Shown: positions 11,772-26,022, counted from the first letter of the stretch. The stretch: DNA of 64,000 nucleotides from Epiperipatus broadwayi (GCA_028023455.1 JAQFVV010000008.1:6944001-7008000); one strand, 5' to 3'. Numbers and translations: made by a program. The notes: a model not told the origin generated them from the sequence alone.

Positions 11772-13400
11772 TGTAACCAACTGTTCCCCAACTATTGGTC
11801 ACAGTACTAACATAGATATTAAAGAATCGAATCCTTAATATATCATATTATCCAAGCATACTTCTAATACAATAATCCCATTATAAAATGAAAAACCAGG
11901 TACATCCAATGGGAAATTCACAGCTGCAAAATGGTCACATCCACTCATCATCAACCATGAACACTTAGCCTTATTTAATACTCACTCTCACAGATTCACT
12001 AAGTTGTCCTTCACAGTGATAACAATTGTTTATAAATATATTTTACCATATATACAATGAATCTAGTAGAATCCTGCCACCCATCATCAATCTATAAATT
12101 GTTTATATTCAAGCAGTAAAATACAAGCAAAATACACAAACTTTAAGTTCATATTATTAAAATCCTTTTCCCTTTAAATCCAATATTGGTTAAATGTGCT
12201 GTTGACATATTCTGGAATTACAATATAAAATTAATAAACCAAAATATAATGCTGTTTAACATATTTTAGAATAAATAATAATAATAAGTTTTATCATCAC
12301 AATATTAAAGTTCAATGTTACAGTTATAATATCATTTAATACCTTTGAAAACAAATAATGATGAACTTTAATCCTCAACAACCAACATCTATTCCCCTTT
12401 TAAGTTCAAATATCAATATTATCTTGCCTTCATTTTAATTAACAACTCATAATTTATGTAGCATACAATATAACATAAAACATATGTATAACTATCAAGC
12501 ATAAAAAATATATATAAAATAGACAAACACACACTCTTTAATTTTACACCATCTTGTGCAATATACCCAAAATAATACTCAATGCTTAAAATAATTCGGC
12601 GTTTATGGTTCAATTATTATTAAGTTCTTGTTTTTCATTTCTATATTCCCATTGCATTGTAAATATTCCTAGGAAAAGCTTAGATATTTGCATATCTTCA
12701 GTTACTCTTCCCTAATTTACTTAACACAAATCTCACCAAGTATTTCATATCTTCAAAGAGCTCCTAATATAATTACACAATTGCAGAGTCTTATCCTGGA
12801 AAATAAGTTGATTGTTCTTGGTTTCTTTATCATCCAATATATCACCATTTTAAATCAAGATTTACTTCATGATAATAATGTAAATAACTTCAGGCCAACT
12901 CTTTTATCATAAATATAATTTTACATTTCCATTAATGCCTGACATTCTCGAATAAATATAAACATTGTCAATATATCCAAATAAACTTTAAGGATGTCAC
13001 GAATAATTTAATGAATAATTTTATCTTAGCGACAAGAATATTCAAAGTATAATATATTTATAATTTCATGATTCCACTCACAACTGGAGATCTAGGATTA
13101 ATTCCAAACATCACTGATATATCCAGGTAAGCTTTAACAAATTCCTCAAATAGTTGATAAATGAGTTTATCCACGCAGTAAAGATGTTTTAAACACAATG
13201 CATAATTTAGCAACTTCACTGACAGCAATAACTCTATACTTAAATATAAGCTTTGTCCATATTCAAAATGGTTTTTACAATTTCATTAACTAGTGAGTAA
13301 ATGAATTTACCCAAGCAGCACGAAGGTCTGAAGCATGGCATAGATTAATATGAAAGAATATTATTAAATTAGTAATATTTCTTTTGAATTTAACAACACT
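11772..13400 (-). mobile_element. Decayed Gypsy 3' remnant with LTR (11772-12387)
   Basis: On the minus strand, PPT AAAAGGGGAATAG precedes TGTTGG (12387) and the LTR ends GTTACA (11772) beside an (AT)n flank. Upstream broken integrase-like peptide ISVMFGINPRSP. Confidence 0.5.
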
Positions 13401-13817
13401 TTAAACTTGAACCAGGACTTTAATTTACTTATTTCGTTTTCCTTTCCTTTACACTAATCTGCCTAGTATTGTTGAATACTGTAATGCATTCTATAATAAT
13501 GATGAATATTGTTTCTCCTAGTCATATTTAAAAGAATCAGAGCGAATGTTCTGTAGGACAGGAGTTTTGAACTTTTACATATTCATAATAAATGACAAAA
13601 TTAATATTACAAATTCATTTTCTTTAAAGATATTTTACAAGAAGCTTTTCTTTCTTACTTTTCTTTCTTTACGTTTCATGCATATCTTAACATGAGACAA
13701 TTCAGTAGTAAAAAAAAAAAAAAAATTAAAAAATAATACTTGGGAGAATTTACGATTTATCAATTAATTAAACTAAACTAGACCCAATTTTTAAACCAAT
13801 CTCAAATCTTAATAAAT

Positions 13818-14353
13818 CAGTGGTCTTCAACCTTTTCACACCTGCGGACCGGTAAAAATAAGAATAAGGTTTCACGAATCGGCAAAAATAAGGATAAGGT
13901 TTCACGGACCGGTAGAAGTCTATAGATAAATTTTCTTAAAGATGTAAACTGCTTAGTCTTAGATGAGCATAATTGTTATAACTGATCAAAACAACAATGT
14001 TAAATATATGAGATGAAGTTATATATATATGAAGTTTGTATAATAAACTCTTTTTTTTAATTTTGAATTTTTTTAGAAAAGTAATAAAAAATTTAACCCC
14101 CATAAACATCTGTGACAACTAGAAAAACAAATTAATTTATGTATGATTGATTAGATTTTGTTTTCGTTCTGTTTTGTTTTTTTTTAATTGAGTAAAAATG
14201 AGATGAAAAAATAAATAAAAATTGTTTATATTAATTAAAAGTTTAAACTCTTATTATTTTGTTATTGTAAATTTTCCTGCCAGTCTAGCGTGGACCAGCA
14301 GAAAACTTCTGCGGGCTGGCGCCGGTCCACGGACCAAGAGTTGAAGATCACTG
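13818..14353. mobile_element. hAT-type (Charlie/Buster-like) MITE, 536 bp
   Basis: TIRs CAGTGGTCTTCAAC / GTTGAAGATCACTG (13/14), 8-bp flanks TAATAAAT / CAATAAAA (6/8), CpG-rich subterminal GCGGACCGG/GGTCCACGG motifs, internal 30-bp duplication. Confidence 0.85.
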
Positions 14354-16613
14354 CAATAAAACATATTTTTATATTTCACCCTTTTAATAAAACCAATATA
14401 AAACTATACCAAATTTTAAACTACATTTATTTTAGTTAAATATGAGAAATTATAGGAAAAATTTAATTATTGATATGATTAATTTCAATTGCATCACTTA
14501 ATCATGCCTTAATTATGTCATAATGAAACATCAATCATTATAACCAATTTATAATATCAAAGTAATATATAATAAGGTAAATAAAATGTAGCTAACATAC
14601 TCTGAACAGACATATGTAAAGAAAAAAAACAGGTTTTTCCTTCAATTGCATATTAATATTTATAAAAAATTTGAAAGTTTTCTTTCTTTTTTTTTTTTCA
14701 AAAACACTACAAATGCCAATCGATCTATTCCCAATGGAGTTGGGTAATAAGGTTACAATATATATAATAATGGTTGAAGCTAAATTTACCAATATAATGC
14801 TACTTCAAATAAATTAAAATTCATCCCAATACCTGCTCACAATATAAAATGAATAAACATAAGTTTGTCACCAATATCTTATGCAAACATTGTAGTAAAG
14901 CATTCACCAAGAGCAACTATTATAAAATTTATTCTTCAGCAGCTATTCTCCTTGAATGTTTGCCAATGCTAATCTGCATAAGCCTAATAACCTCAGATTC
15001 ATGTTGGATTTTGGGGTGCTCATTATTTTAATAAGCTAAAAATACCAACCAATTGCTATCTGATAATCTAGGGCATGGGGCTTATATGATCAAATCCTCA
15101 TTTGATTTCATAGCTTGCATTAAGCATACCAAAATTAATCCAACATTTAAAATAACCTCACCAGACATAACTGAATTATATATCTCAGTCATTAGAAAAT
15201 TATCCATCAACATAATTGAAGCCGAATAAATTTAGCAAAACTGCCCTCAGCCATGTATAGAGTTCATCATAGCATTTTTGTCTTGGCTAGATAATAACAT
15301 CATAGCCACAACCAATCATATAACATGACTGATGAATGACTTATGGGTGTTCCCCTTAGCAACATCATTTCCAGACTACATGTAAACCACATTGAAAATA
15401 CTGTTGTTTTTTCATGTCATACACACTCCAGATCTAATATATACATAGTATTGTACCAGTCAAATATATATTCTCTATCCAACGTGACCTGAACCCACAA
15501 AACCGGACTTCGAACCCAGTCAAACTAAAGAATTATATCACATACCAAACTGAATTCAAACCCAATTCACGATCTCAGATCAAAACCTAATAGATAATAC
15601 ATATTGATGGCACATGAGACTATGCATCGTGAACTAGCTCAATGGATATGATGATTACTGAGACCACTTATCTGACTCTAAATGTATGATTAAACGACTA
15701 CGGATATTTCTGAATAAATTCACATATGTATATTTGGGTTGCCAATACAAACAGTGAGAACGAATATTTAAAACTAATTAATAAATCATAACAATCAAAC
15801 CAAGTATGTATATAAAATATTTAATAATAAGCAAATATTTGTTCAAATATTTCCACGGACCATGCTGAAAATATTATTAAAATTCAAAATTAAAAAGGAT
15901 GTAGTTTATGGTGGCAACTCCTTAAATTAATAGTAATAGCTCCCTTATAGAAACTTTTTCGGGGTATTTATACCCTTTCCTATGGTTTTCCGCCCATTCT
16001 GACTTTGATGCCTTAATGCTAAAGCTTTTACATTATTACAAGCCAAAATTTTCTCTAATTGATTTCCGATCCATTCCTCGATAAGACTTTAAATCATTAA
16101 CTTTGAATTCATTTTCTATTTAGAAAATGAATTTGTAAAATCTGAACAAACGATTTTAATTTAGCACCGTCCTTAAAGTTTTAACTTATCATTTTAACTA
16201 ATTAATAAAAGATTCCCTATTGCCTTTGGGAAAGGATGATCTGAAAGCTTATCGAAAGAATGTAACTTTTAATCATATAAATTTGAACAAAATGGTAAAA
16301 TATGAAGTAAAACATTCCGATGTAATAAAACTTTATAACGAATATATATTTAACTATCTACAAATATATTTGTACAATTCACATAATTAAAATATATATT
16401 TTTTATGAATATTTTATCGTAAGGTAATTAATATTATTATCAAATTTAAACATAAGATAATTAACCTCAATAAAGTTTTAAATAATAGCTTCAGGTTTAA
16501 TTAAAGTTAATGTATATTGAACATTCGGAAATATTCACTGTTAGTGACAGGGTTTGAACTAGGTTGAAGGTTGGATCTCATGAAGCTCGGATCGAAATTA
16601 GATCCGACTGCTT

Positions 16614-17450
16614 CAGTATGTAGATGACATTTTCAATGGTGCCCCTGAACCTTCAATTCAAAATATTAAAGCAAATCTATAAACCCATTCAACGTTACTG
16701 CTTATAATAGACTGGGAAGACTCACATCATTGCCTCAAATATTTAGATTGATTATACAAAGAAACACTGCTCATCTGGATTATTCTACATGAATCAGACA
16801 ACTGGAAATTCTGGATTCATGCACCTGGGCTCAATTGTAACTAGATTTCACAAACTGGCCAGTCTATCCTTCTTTCTATGACAGAACTACACTCTATGTA
16901 AGCATGAAACATCCTGAAAGGCAAACATAGATTTATACATTTAACATTGGTTAGATTTAAACATTGTTTTTTAAAAAGAAAATAACACAATTTTACAGAA
17001 AATTAAATTCTAACTCTTCTGTTCATGATAAATCATGGCTTTTTCTGCCATATGTACCTACTTTAACAAAAATCTTTAATAAAACATTCTCTTCAACTTA
17101 TCACCTTGTTTTCTGCACCCCATCCCACCTTTTTTCACTTCAACACCAAAAATAGGCTTGAACTTGAATTTATTTCTAGGACTATTTACAAAATTAAATG
17201 TCCCCAAACTGGATGTCAATCAATATATTATGGGAAATCCTGAGCATCCTTATCTACACACCTTTCCCAGCATGAATAGCTATACAAAAGAGCTTCAGAC
17301 AAGCTAGAACATGATGACAGGACATCAATTTATCCCTTCCTACACAATCATTCAATACATCAAAAGAAATGATTAAGAAAGAAAGGTGGGGAGACTTGCT
17401 ATATAGCCACTGATGCAAGTGTTATCAGCTGTTGAGACTCATGCTTCCCT
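16614..17450 (+). mobile_element. Penelope-like element fragment (RT C-terminus + GIY-YIG endonuclease), 5'-truncated and decayed
   Basis: QYVDDIF at 16614; WLFLPYVPTLTKIF; RTIYKIKCPQTGCQSIYYGKS*ASLSTHLSQHE (GIY-YIG) at ~17178-17275; stops and frameshifts. Confidence 0.8.
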
Positions 17451-20400
17451 CTCTCCAAAAATAAACACTCTAATTTAAATATTTAACATTGAATTTAAAT
17501 AAATTTTAATCTCTTCCGATATATACAATTACACTCATCTCTCTATTATTATTCTATTTTATCTTGCTATGAATAGGAGAATGCTATACATTCTTGAAAG
17601 TGCTAAGCCATATTTAATTTACAGAAATAACAAGCTTATCTATCATTGCATATAATCACACTTATTACATTTATTATATTAATATATTGTAACAGTACAG
17701 GAGGAGGCATAATATGGGGAGGGAAAACATCATCCCCTGTTGAATATTTATAATCAATGAGAAAATATAGAGGTAAAGGGCATGAGAGAATCATATAGAA
17801 TAAAATAAGTAAACATAATAGTAATTATAAATTACATCCCCAGCATTAAACATGAATAATCAGTAGTCATTCTTTATGACTGGATTTAAAAGAGTTTTAA
17901 TATCAAAATGATAGGCTACTTATCAAGGCACTGCTAAACTTAGGGTAAATATAAAACAATTCTAAGGATGCACATACTTAAGTGCTAAAATATCTGCCAT
18001 AAAAAATAATGCTGGGATTCTGATACTTGCTTATAATCATCAATGCTCTGGTCATATAATACCATGAGTGCACAAGCCAACTATAAACTAATTTCTAATT
18101 TATAAATGAAGTGCAATGAATTGACTTTAAAAGTGAACTTGACCTTTGTGCTATCGAAAGAATCATCTGGATGTTCAAACAAACATATACACCTACCTAC
18201 AAATAAGTTAACCATTACTGTTCTAGACCTAGCTCAAAATTATAAAGACCCAAGGGGCTGTACCCAAGAACAAGAGAAAATGTATATGCTTAATCTACTT
18301 CAATTTAAATACTTACTGAGATAATTTACAAATCTTTCAAAACACCATGCTATAATGAAATCAAATCACATACACTACCAATTCATGAAATATATAGCTG
18401 GAGGAATAAAACATTAATGATATTATTTTTTAAAATAATTATTTCATGAAATTTAACTAACAAATTAATAAATTCAGAAAAGATATGACTAATTCCAAAA
18501 TATAACCAATTTATAAAAATATAATTTCATATAAACAAATATGATTAATCATTTGATTCTTATTACTAAATTAATATTTATTTTTTTATTTATTCCCCCT
18601 TTTTAATACTTAAATCTGAAACTTACATTTCACACTAAGAGATAAAAAAATATAAGACTAGTTAAAACCTTTTTTATTAAAATGAGAATCTCCCATAATT
18701 CTTTTTATAAATTATGGATGGAAAATACAATAAAATATGTTCCAACAAAAAAAAAAACTTAAATCAAAATTATTCTTTATTACAAATTATCACTGATATT
18801 AAATTATTTGAAAATGTTATATAAATGAAATTGTGTAAATGAAGATGTACATATCAATTCTATTTTATTTTACTATGATTCAATTCTTTTAGACTTTTGT
18901 AGTTATAATTTAGAGTTTCTTTTCTATTAGTTTTTCTTCTCATTTCTTCAAATGTTCACATTAAAATTAGAATAATAATTTCTAGAGTGGGTTATCATAA
19001 GTTGAATTAATTCATGATTTTTTGTTGGAGCTTCAAGTTTTCAGTTGATGCTTATATTATTTTTAAAATTAACACATTTCCTGGATAGGTAAACACAGTT
19101 AAATTTATCCATTTTTCAATATAAGTTTAAGGTTACATTGGCTAAGGCAATCATATGTTTGGATGGAGTACAAAGATTGCATTAGATTTCTCCCAGGGAT
19201 ATTCTTTTACATTTTTCTAGTGAACAGGCTAATATGGTTATGTTTGATGATGCCTAGCTTTTAGCTAAAAATTATCATATGTGAATGCATTTCAAAAATC
19301 TTTTAAAACTAATAGTGAGGTTAGTCTTATTTTAGATTAAAAACTTAACTTCTCACTGATCTTTTCACAACTGGACTGCCACTGCTCTTCTTCTCTCCAA
19401 AGCTGAATCAAGAATGGCACGCTGACAAGACTAGATATTGAAGTCTAATACTTTAATCTGGCCCCTATTTTATTTTTGGAACAATCTTGTGTCCATCTAG
19501 ACACATATCTCGGACATGAATAGCATTAAAGTCTGACCAATTGAGTCTATTTTTACAAAAAGATTTATTTCCCCCTTTTTTTTTCTTTTAATAAAAAAAT
19601 TCTATCTATAATTATTGTAATTTCTCTGTAATTATTTTTATTTTTTCTCAATTATCCAATAACAATATAATTCTTTAGTAGTACTTTCATTTTAAAAAAA
19701 TATTGTCTTTTGTTTTAGAGATAAAAAGAATAGAAAAAAAAAACTTATTAATTAAAACAGTATTTCTTAACAAAAAAATTTAAAGCCCTTTTTTCTTTTA
19801 AAACTGGTGAACGCTACATAAAATTTAACTTATTTATCTCTCTTATTATTATATTTTATTAAAAACTAGTAGATAAATGAAATTACTGAAGTGATAGAGA
19901 ATTTTTTATTTATTTATTTTATGATTTTTCTCTTTTTTATAACCATTCTTAAACTATAAATATTTACATTCTTATTATTTAAAATATGTTCTTTAAGGAA
20001 TGAAAATGTTTAAAAGTTAACAATTGTTATTATAAAAAATGAAATAAATAAATCTTCTCATTTCCCCATTCTAAATTTATTTGTTTTAATAAGCTTATCA
20101 TATCTGGCATGGCCAGAGATGGCCACTGTCAACAATATTACACTATTTATACATGCATAAAATATATTGACAATTTATAAACTGAATAGTAAATTAAATA
20201 TCTTTATATATATAGTATGTGTCTAAATATTTTATATATGTAAATTATAATATACAATAATGAATGTTCTTCTAAGCAGCTTTAAAAACCAACATATAAT
20301 AGGTTACTCCAAAGAAGTGCTAGTCATATGAATACTAAAAGTTGAGATCATGCAATATTAAAATTATAATATATATAACAATTTTATCTTCTCTTTAGTT

Positions 20401-20641
20401 TTAAAAGAGTAATTTTACTTTGTATTGAGATTTTATAAACGTCCCAGTTTTTAATATATTTTAAATCATTTTTTTCTTCTATTAATGTTTTTTATGCAAT
20501 TAATAATTATTGGGGGGGGGGGGGGAGGAGGCATCAAGAATTGATTTCATAATTATATTTTAATTAATAAATAATTTGAACCAGTATTATTAATCACTTT
20601 TTAAAAAAAAAAACTTTTAATCTCTATGATCCATATTAGTT

Positions 20642-23212
20642 CAGAGATTGCAAACTTTTGCCACAGAAGAGCCAAATCTGACACCCACAACAATTTAAAA
20701 ATTATTCCACAGCCATAAATTTATTTTTACAAATAAGGAAAATTTAAATAAATACTATAACAAGTTATTAAATATATCTTTATTAAATATAGATTAAATC
20801 ACATGGAAATTTGCTAGTATTGGTTTTAATTTGTGTGAACATAAGCTTGCATTTCCTTTAAAAATTTCTGTATGTCTTGTTGGTAACTACTGGTTTTTAA
20901 TTTAAGGCATGATTCCAAGTTGGTATCAGTAATTTGGTTCCTCAATTTACATTTAATAAAATTCATTTTAGAAAATGATTGTTCACATAAATATGTAGAT
21001 CCAGAGATACTGAGAATACCAAATTCAAATTTGTTCAACTCATGATATGAATCTGGAAGACTATTCCAAGTACTAAAAATCATAGAGTCTGCCTTATGTA
21101 GGTTTTTTATAGCACTCTGCTGGTTCTGTGAAAGCAGGCCATTTTTTTTCCTCCAATTCTTCCATTTCAATACCAAGGTGACAAGTTTGGAGTTCCATAA
21201 ATCTTTGCTTGTCAAGTCCAGAAATTGTATTTCAACATTATCCACATCAATATTAAATGATGGAAATTTTAATTCTCTCACATTGGCATTAAGAGAATTT
21301 GTAATAAAAGCTAGAGTTTTTTTTATTTATTTCTAAATTTGTGAAATCTTTGAAGAAAAGATTCTCTCATGTTTAAAATTTTGTCTTAAAATAATCTTTG
21401 TTAATGAGGGCATTGTTTTCTGGATAATATTGAGACAATTTTGATAAATGAACTAAAGTTCCTCTCTCTAAATATTCAGCAAATAGAATCAATTTTTTTT
21501 CCAAACAAAATAATTTCTTCTACCATTGGAAAATCAGTATTTCCCTTACCTTGTAATTTATGATTGAGCTGATTAAGTTGTGATGTAACATCCACCTTGA
21601 AATACAATTTTTGCAACCACTGATCTTCTATTAATTCTAAATATTGAATGCCTTTGTTGACAAGAAAGAGTTTGATTTCATTTATGCAAAATGCAAATTA
21701 TTTTAACATGTTGCCTCTGGATAACTATCAAACCCTGTTATATTGGAGAAGATCTGAATGTTCACTCTCCATTTCACATGTCAACTCTTTAAATTGTAGA
21801 TGATTAATTCCTCTTGTTGCAATAAAGTTAATAATCTTAATTACCAAGTCCATAACTTTACCGATTTCTTCTGGAAATGTTTGTGCACAATGTGCTTCCT
21901 GGTGAAATATACAATGGCAAGTAATCACTTCATGATTAACATTTTTTTAAAATTGAAACAAACTCTTTTTTTAATCCCATCATACTTTTTGCACTATCAG
22001 TTGCAATTGACACAATTTTATTAAGTATGATATGGTTTTTCCCATGCATTCAATGACAGAATTTACTATGTCCTCTCTTTGTATTTGGCCCTTGAATGAC
22101 CATAATCCTAAATGTTCTTCTCTTAGACCCTCAGATGATATATACTGCACATAAAGGGAAATATGGGCTGTGTTCTTGATATCACAAGACTCATCCATTG
22201 CAATTGATAATGCTGAAAATAATTTAATGTCCTCGACTTGTTGATTGGCTACATTTAGGGCATTTTAACTGTCCTATCTGCTACTGTTTTGGCAGATAAT
22301 GGCATGTTTTTAATTTTATTAAAAAGCTCTTGTTTTATTTTTGAAATCACAAAAAAGTTCTTCGGATTCTTTAACCAAACATTTCATGTACTCACCATTT
22401 GTGAATGGTTTTCCTCTCTTAACGACTTTCTGACTTACTGTCAAGCTTGCAATAGTAACATTGTTGGCAAGCTGTCTCCAATAATCAACTACAGAACTTG
22501 GATTTTTCAATTGCTCTTTTTCTCATGTCACTGACAGGATATTTTATGGCAAATGTGGCATGTTTTTTCATGAAGCACCTCTCCATATTAGACTTCTTCT
22601 TTTGTGCCAATGTTTCTTGGCAAATAAAACAGGTTAAAAGGGCCTCTATGTTTGCAATAAATGCGAAAGATTCAGTCCATTCAGTTTTATAGTCATGATG
22701 GCTCATCTAATGTTTTTCTTAGTCTTTTCTTTGTAGTCAACACTTTAAATATTGTATTTTATTTAATACATTATCTCCATGTTTTCACAACTACTCAAAA
22801 AGTAATTATACATTTCTCTTCTAGATTATGCGTATTCATATTCTGCCATTGCAAACATTGTCTTATCCACTAGAGGAAAACTATGTGCCACTTATTAATC
22901 ATGAAGTTTTTGCTAGACTTAACAAATAAAATCATGATTAATAAAATCTTTTTAAAATTTTATAAATTGAAACGATGATAGTTTTATTTTCAATTTTGCT
23001 ACAAAGTAGGAGGTCTGTATGTGCTGGATTTATCCTGGTTTTATCTTTATCTCTTATGATTTTTTTATTTCGTATTAGCAATGTTTTTTTTTAGAACATG
23101 TGTTCCAATTAGGTCCTGTGTAAAAATAAAGATATTACTGAAGAACCATATATATATACATACACACAAAGGGCCACCTATAGTTCGCTAGCTGTAGTTT
23201 GCTGTTCCCAAT
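20642..23212 (-). mobile_element. Decayed autonomous hAT (SPIN/Buster, GTF2IRD2-like) DNA transposon
   Basis: Fragments: zinc-finger region EWTESFAF...CFICQETLA..KSNMERC..KH; [15 protein letters not shown] (first catalytic D); HCIFHQE (CxxH); WLSRG; C-terminal GSTYLCEQSFSKMNFIK. Eroded CAG...CAAAC TIR-like ends; TSD not recoverable. Confidence 0.9.
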
Positions 23213-23899
23213 TATAATCCAAAAATTGCTTCCTGGTGAAGAATAATGACAAACTAGAACCTGGTCTGGGGATTTATTTTTGGCATTACCAGAAAAATGA
23301 TTTTGGAATGAAAAAAAATATCGCTGTGAAAATATATTACACTAATAAAATTTGTAGCAGTGAATTTATTAGAGAGGATACTTCCCCCTTCCTCAAGTCC
23401 AACATCATAAAATTATATGCTTTTACTAGCCATGATGTATTAGAATTAAAAAAGCAAACCAATACTACTACTTAAAAGAAATAGTTGTCAAAGAGAATTT
23501 GCTGAATTAAAAGCTTACATAATTTTGTTTGCCTGTGTATACAGTAGTTAAAAAAAAAATGTTACTCTGTTTAGAAAAAATGAAAATCTTAAAACAAATT
23601 TTCAAATTTTTATTACTAATTATTTGGAAATATAATAAAAAAACATAGGAGGAATTAAGACTAAAACCGAAGTTAAAAAAATAATTGATATATATAATAA
23701 ACACATCTTGCTGAATATAAAGATTCTTAATAAAAAAATCAATATGGAAATTTATAGCAGTGTAGAATTGTCTTTAATTTTAGCAAAGGACTGGACAAAA
23801 ATAATAAAAGTAGAACAGAATATTACTATTGAGAAACTGGAGGTTATAGCCACAAATATAAATGAAAATGGGATTGAAATGCTATGGGAAAATAATGGT

Positions 23900-24990
23900 A
23901 TGAATCAAGCTGAATGCTAAAGAAAAATTACTTCCTCTGTACATCATGAAAACTGATCCTGGCCATTGAAATTTAGATAGACAAAAGCAATAAAGAAATT
24001 TATAATACCATTGCAAATCACAAGGAAAAGGAGTCTGGGCAGGGAAAAAACAATGTCATCAATAGTATGAAAGCTATAGTGTGGTTTCTTATATGGGCGA
24101 TGGCTGAGACTGCATTTAGTTCAAGCTGGTCCATTAAAAGGAAATATCTTCTTGATACTTATAGATGCTTACTCAAAATGAACACAATACAAATTTATCA
24201 AGATTACACAGATGGAAAATAATATGAAAACTTTGAATAAGATATTTGTGTATCGTGGTTTGCCTGAGATTATATTCCTTAACAATGGAGCTGGCTTCAG
24301 GTCTCTTTTGTTTAAAAACTTTTTAACTACCATGGAAATGACACCACCATATTACCTAGAATCAAATGGCCTGGTTGAGAAAGCCATACAGCATTTGAAA
24401 AATGTGCTAAGTAAGACATTGTACAATCATATTAATGAAGCTCTAACCAATGCTATGTTCTATCAACAACACCTTATATATTGACTAATGCATCAGATAT
24501 GCTGAATACATCTGTCAGTGCTCACGCCTAATAATAGTGCAGCAAGGCAAACTTATTTGAATGATAGGACATGCTGAAAAGAAAATGTTTTCCAGGAGTA
24601 ATAACTAGAGTTCTCCCAAAGCAGCTGTGAGAAGTTCAAATTATTAACAGAAGAAGAAATAAGCATTAGGGCCTGTTCTATACTTAATGATGATAGTACT
24701 TCAATGAAAGAAGAGGAAAGTACAGATATAACACAAGAGCTTCCAGATTTAAATAGGGAGAAGCAGTTATCTGGGTAGAATAACTTGTCAAATCAATCAG
24801 GGACTGTACTAGTATTAAATTTCCCTTCTCTAAGCAGTCTTCATTGGAAGAACAGAAAACTACCAAGCAACAGAAGGATGAATATCTATCTTTAACCAGA
24901 CCTGCCCAAGTTTGTCAGACCCAAGATTGCAAGATTATTTTTTTAATAAAGCTTGATTTTCTAGAGTGAGGGAAGGAGTTGAAATGTGTT
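23900..24990 (+). mobile_element. Decayed Gypsy integrase/3' end, same lineage as the element at 1-3601
   Basis: WLRLHLVQAGPLKGNIFLILIDAYSK, FVYRGLPEII, TPPYYLESNGLVEKAIQ parallel the intact integrase; PPT AGAGTGAGGGAAGGAG at ~24963 followed by TGT. Confidence 0.8.
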
Positions 24991-25072
24991 ACAGTATTAC
25001 AATATAGTGTATATGTAGTTGCAGAAAGGTTTGTGCATAAATTCATTATCTAATGCCTACTCATCCAATGTC

Positions 25073-25110
25073 TCTGGACTAATTTCTAGCTTGTGGCTTT
25101 CATCAGTAAG
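25073..25110 (-). ncRNA. Minimal type I hammerhead ribozyme motif (degenerate)
   Basis: ctta CTGATGA aagc-cacaa-gcta GAAA tta GTC caga: both core boxes intact, 3-bp stem II, stem I eroded. Confidence 0.6.
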
Positions 25111-25662
25111 GAGCTTTGGATTTGAGAGTACTGCACCTAGATCTAAGCATCTAATGCAACCATCCAGCAACTACCTTTTTACCTATTTAGTCAATTATAA
25201 AGCTAGGATCTCAAAAGAAAAACACATTAACATTTTCAATACAAGCTCTTTTACCTGTATAGTCAGAGAGATCTGAAGCCAGTTCAGCATCTACACATTT
25301 TAGTTAATCAAAAACCATAGTCACCATCAAAACCATAGGTAGAAATGGTATAAAACCCTCAAAACATCATAGGATCACCATTTCCTATGCTTAAACAAGC
25401 TATTATTAGTAATAGCAAACTTGCCATACAATAATGCCACCAGTGCAAACCTTAGTAATCAGTGGATGTATGAAAGTTTGTGTATAAATTCTCCACTTAG
25501 TGCCTACTCATCCAATATCACCAGACTAGTTTCTAGCTTGGGCAAAAAATGTGTTTTCATTTTGAGCTTCTAGCTTTGTAGTTGACTAAATAGGTAAAAA
25601 GTGGCTACTAGAGAGTTGTATTAGATTTTAGATCTAGATAAAGTGCTCTCAGATCCAAAGCT

Positions 25663-25702
25663 TCTCACTGATAAAAGCCACAAGTTAGAAACTAGTCTGT
25701 GG
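25663..25702 (+). ncRNA. Minimal type I hammerhead ribozyme motif (G8 mutated)
   Basis: tctca CTGATAA aagc-cacaa-gtta GAAA cta GTC tgtgg; palindromic ACTAGT stem III; stem I 4/5 paired. Confidence 0.6.
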
Positions 25703-26022
25703 ATATTGGATGAGTAGGTACTAGATAGAGAATTTATGCATAAACCTTTCTGCATCCATTGATTACTAAGACTTGTGCTGCATGGCACTACTGTATGGAG
25801 AGTTTTGCTACTGCTAATAATAGCTGTATAGGAAATGATGAGTATGTGATTCTGTTATTGTAAACAAAGTATTTACTGCTGTAAATTGTTGTCTTACAGC
25901 ACTCACATAATTATTCTTATTGTATTCACTCTAGAAAATTTAGATAATTAACATATATGTTGCTGAATTTTAAATTAATTGATGCTAATCAATTATATAT
26001 TTAGAAGAAATACAAGAAGACC

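Larger units (their letters stand above)
25019..25850. mobile_element. Hammerhead-bearing repeat (447-bp monomer on minus plus an inverted partial copy), retrozyme or Penelope pLTR-like
   Basis: Cleavage triplets GTC on minus at 25079-25077 and 25526-25524 (447 bp apart); 25548-25850 is an inverted copy with a plus-strand motif at 25663-25702; non-coding. Confidence 0.75.

Noticed and set aside
15480-15600. B-box-like GGGTTCGAA motifs (also ~16545), possible tRNA genes
   Set aside because: No cloverleaf or properly spaced A-box; at most SINE debris.
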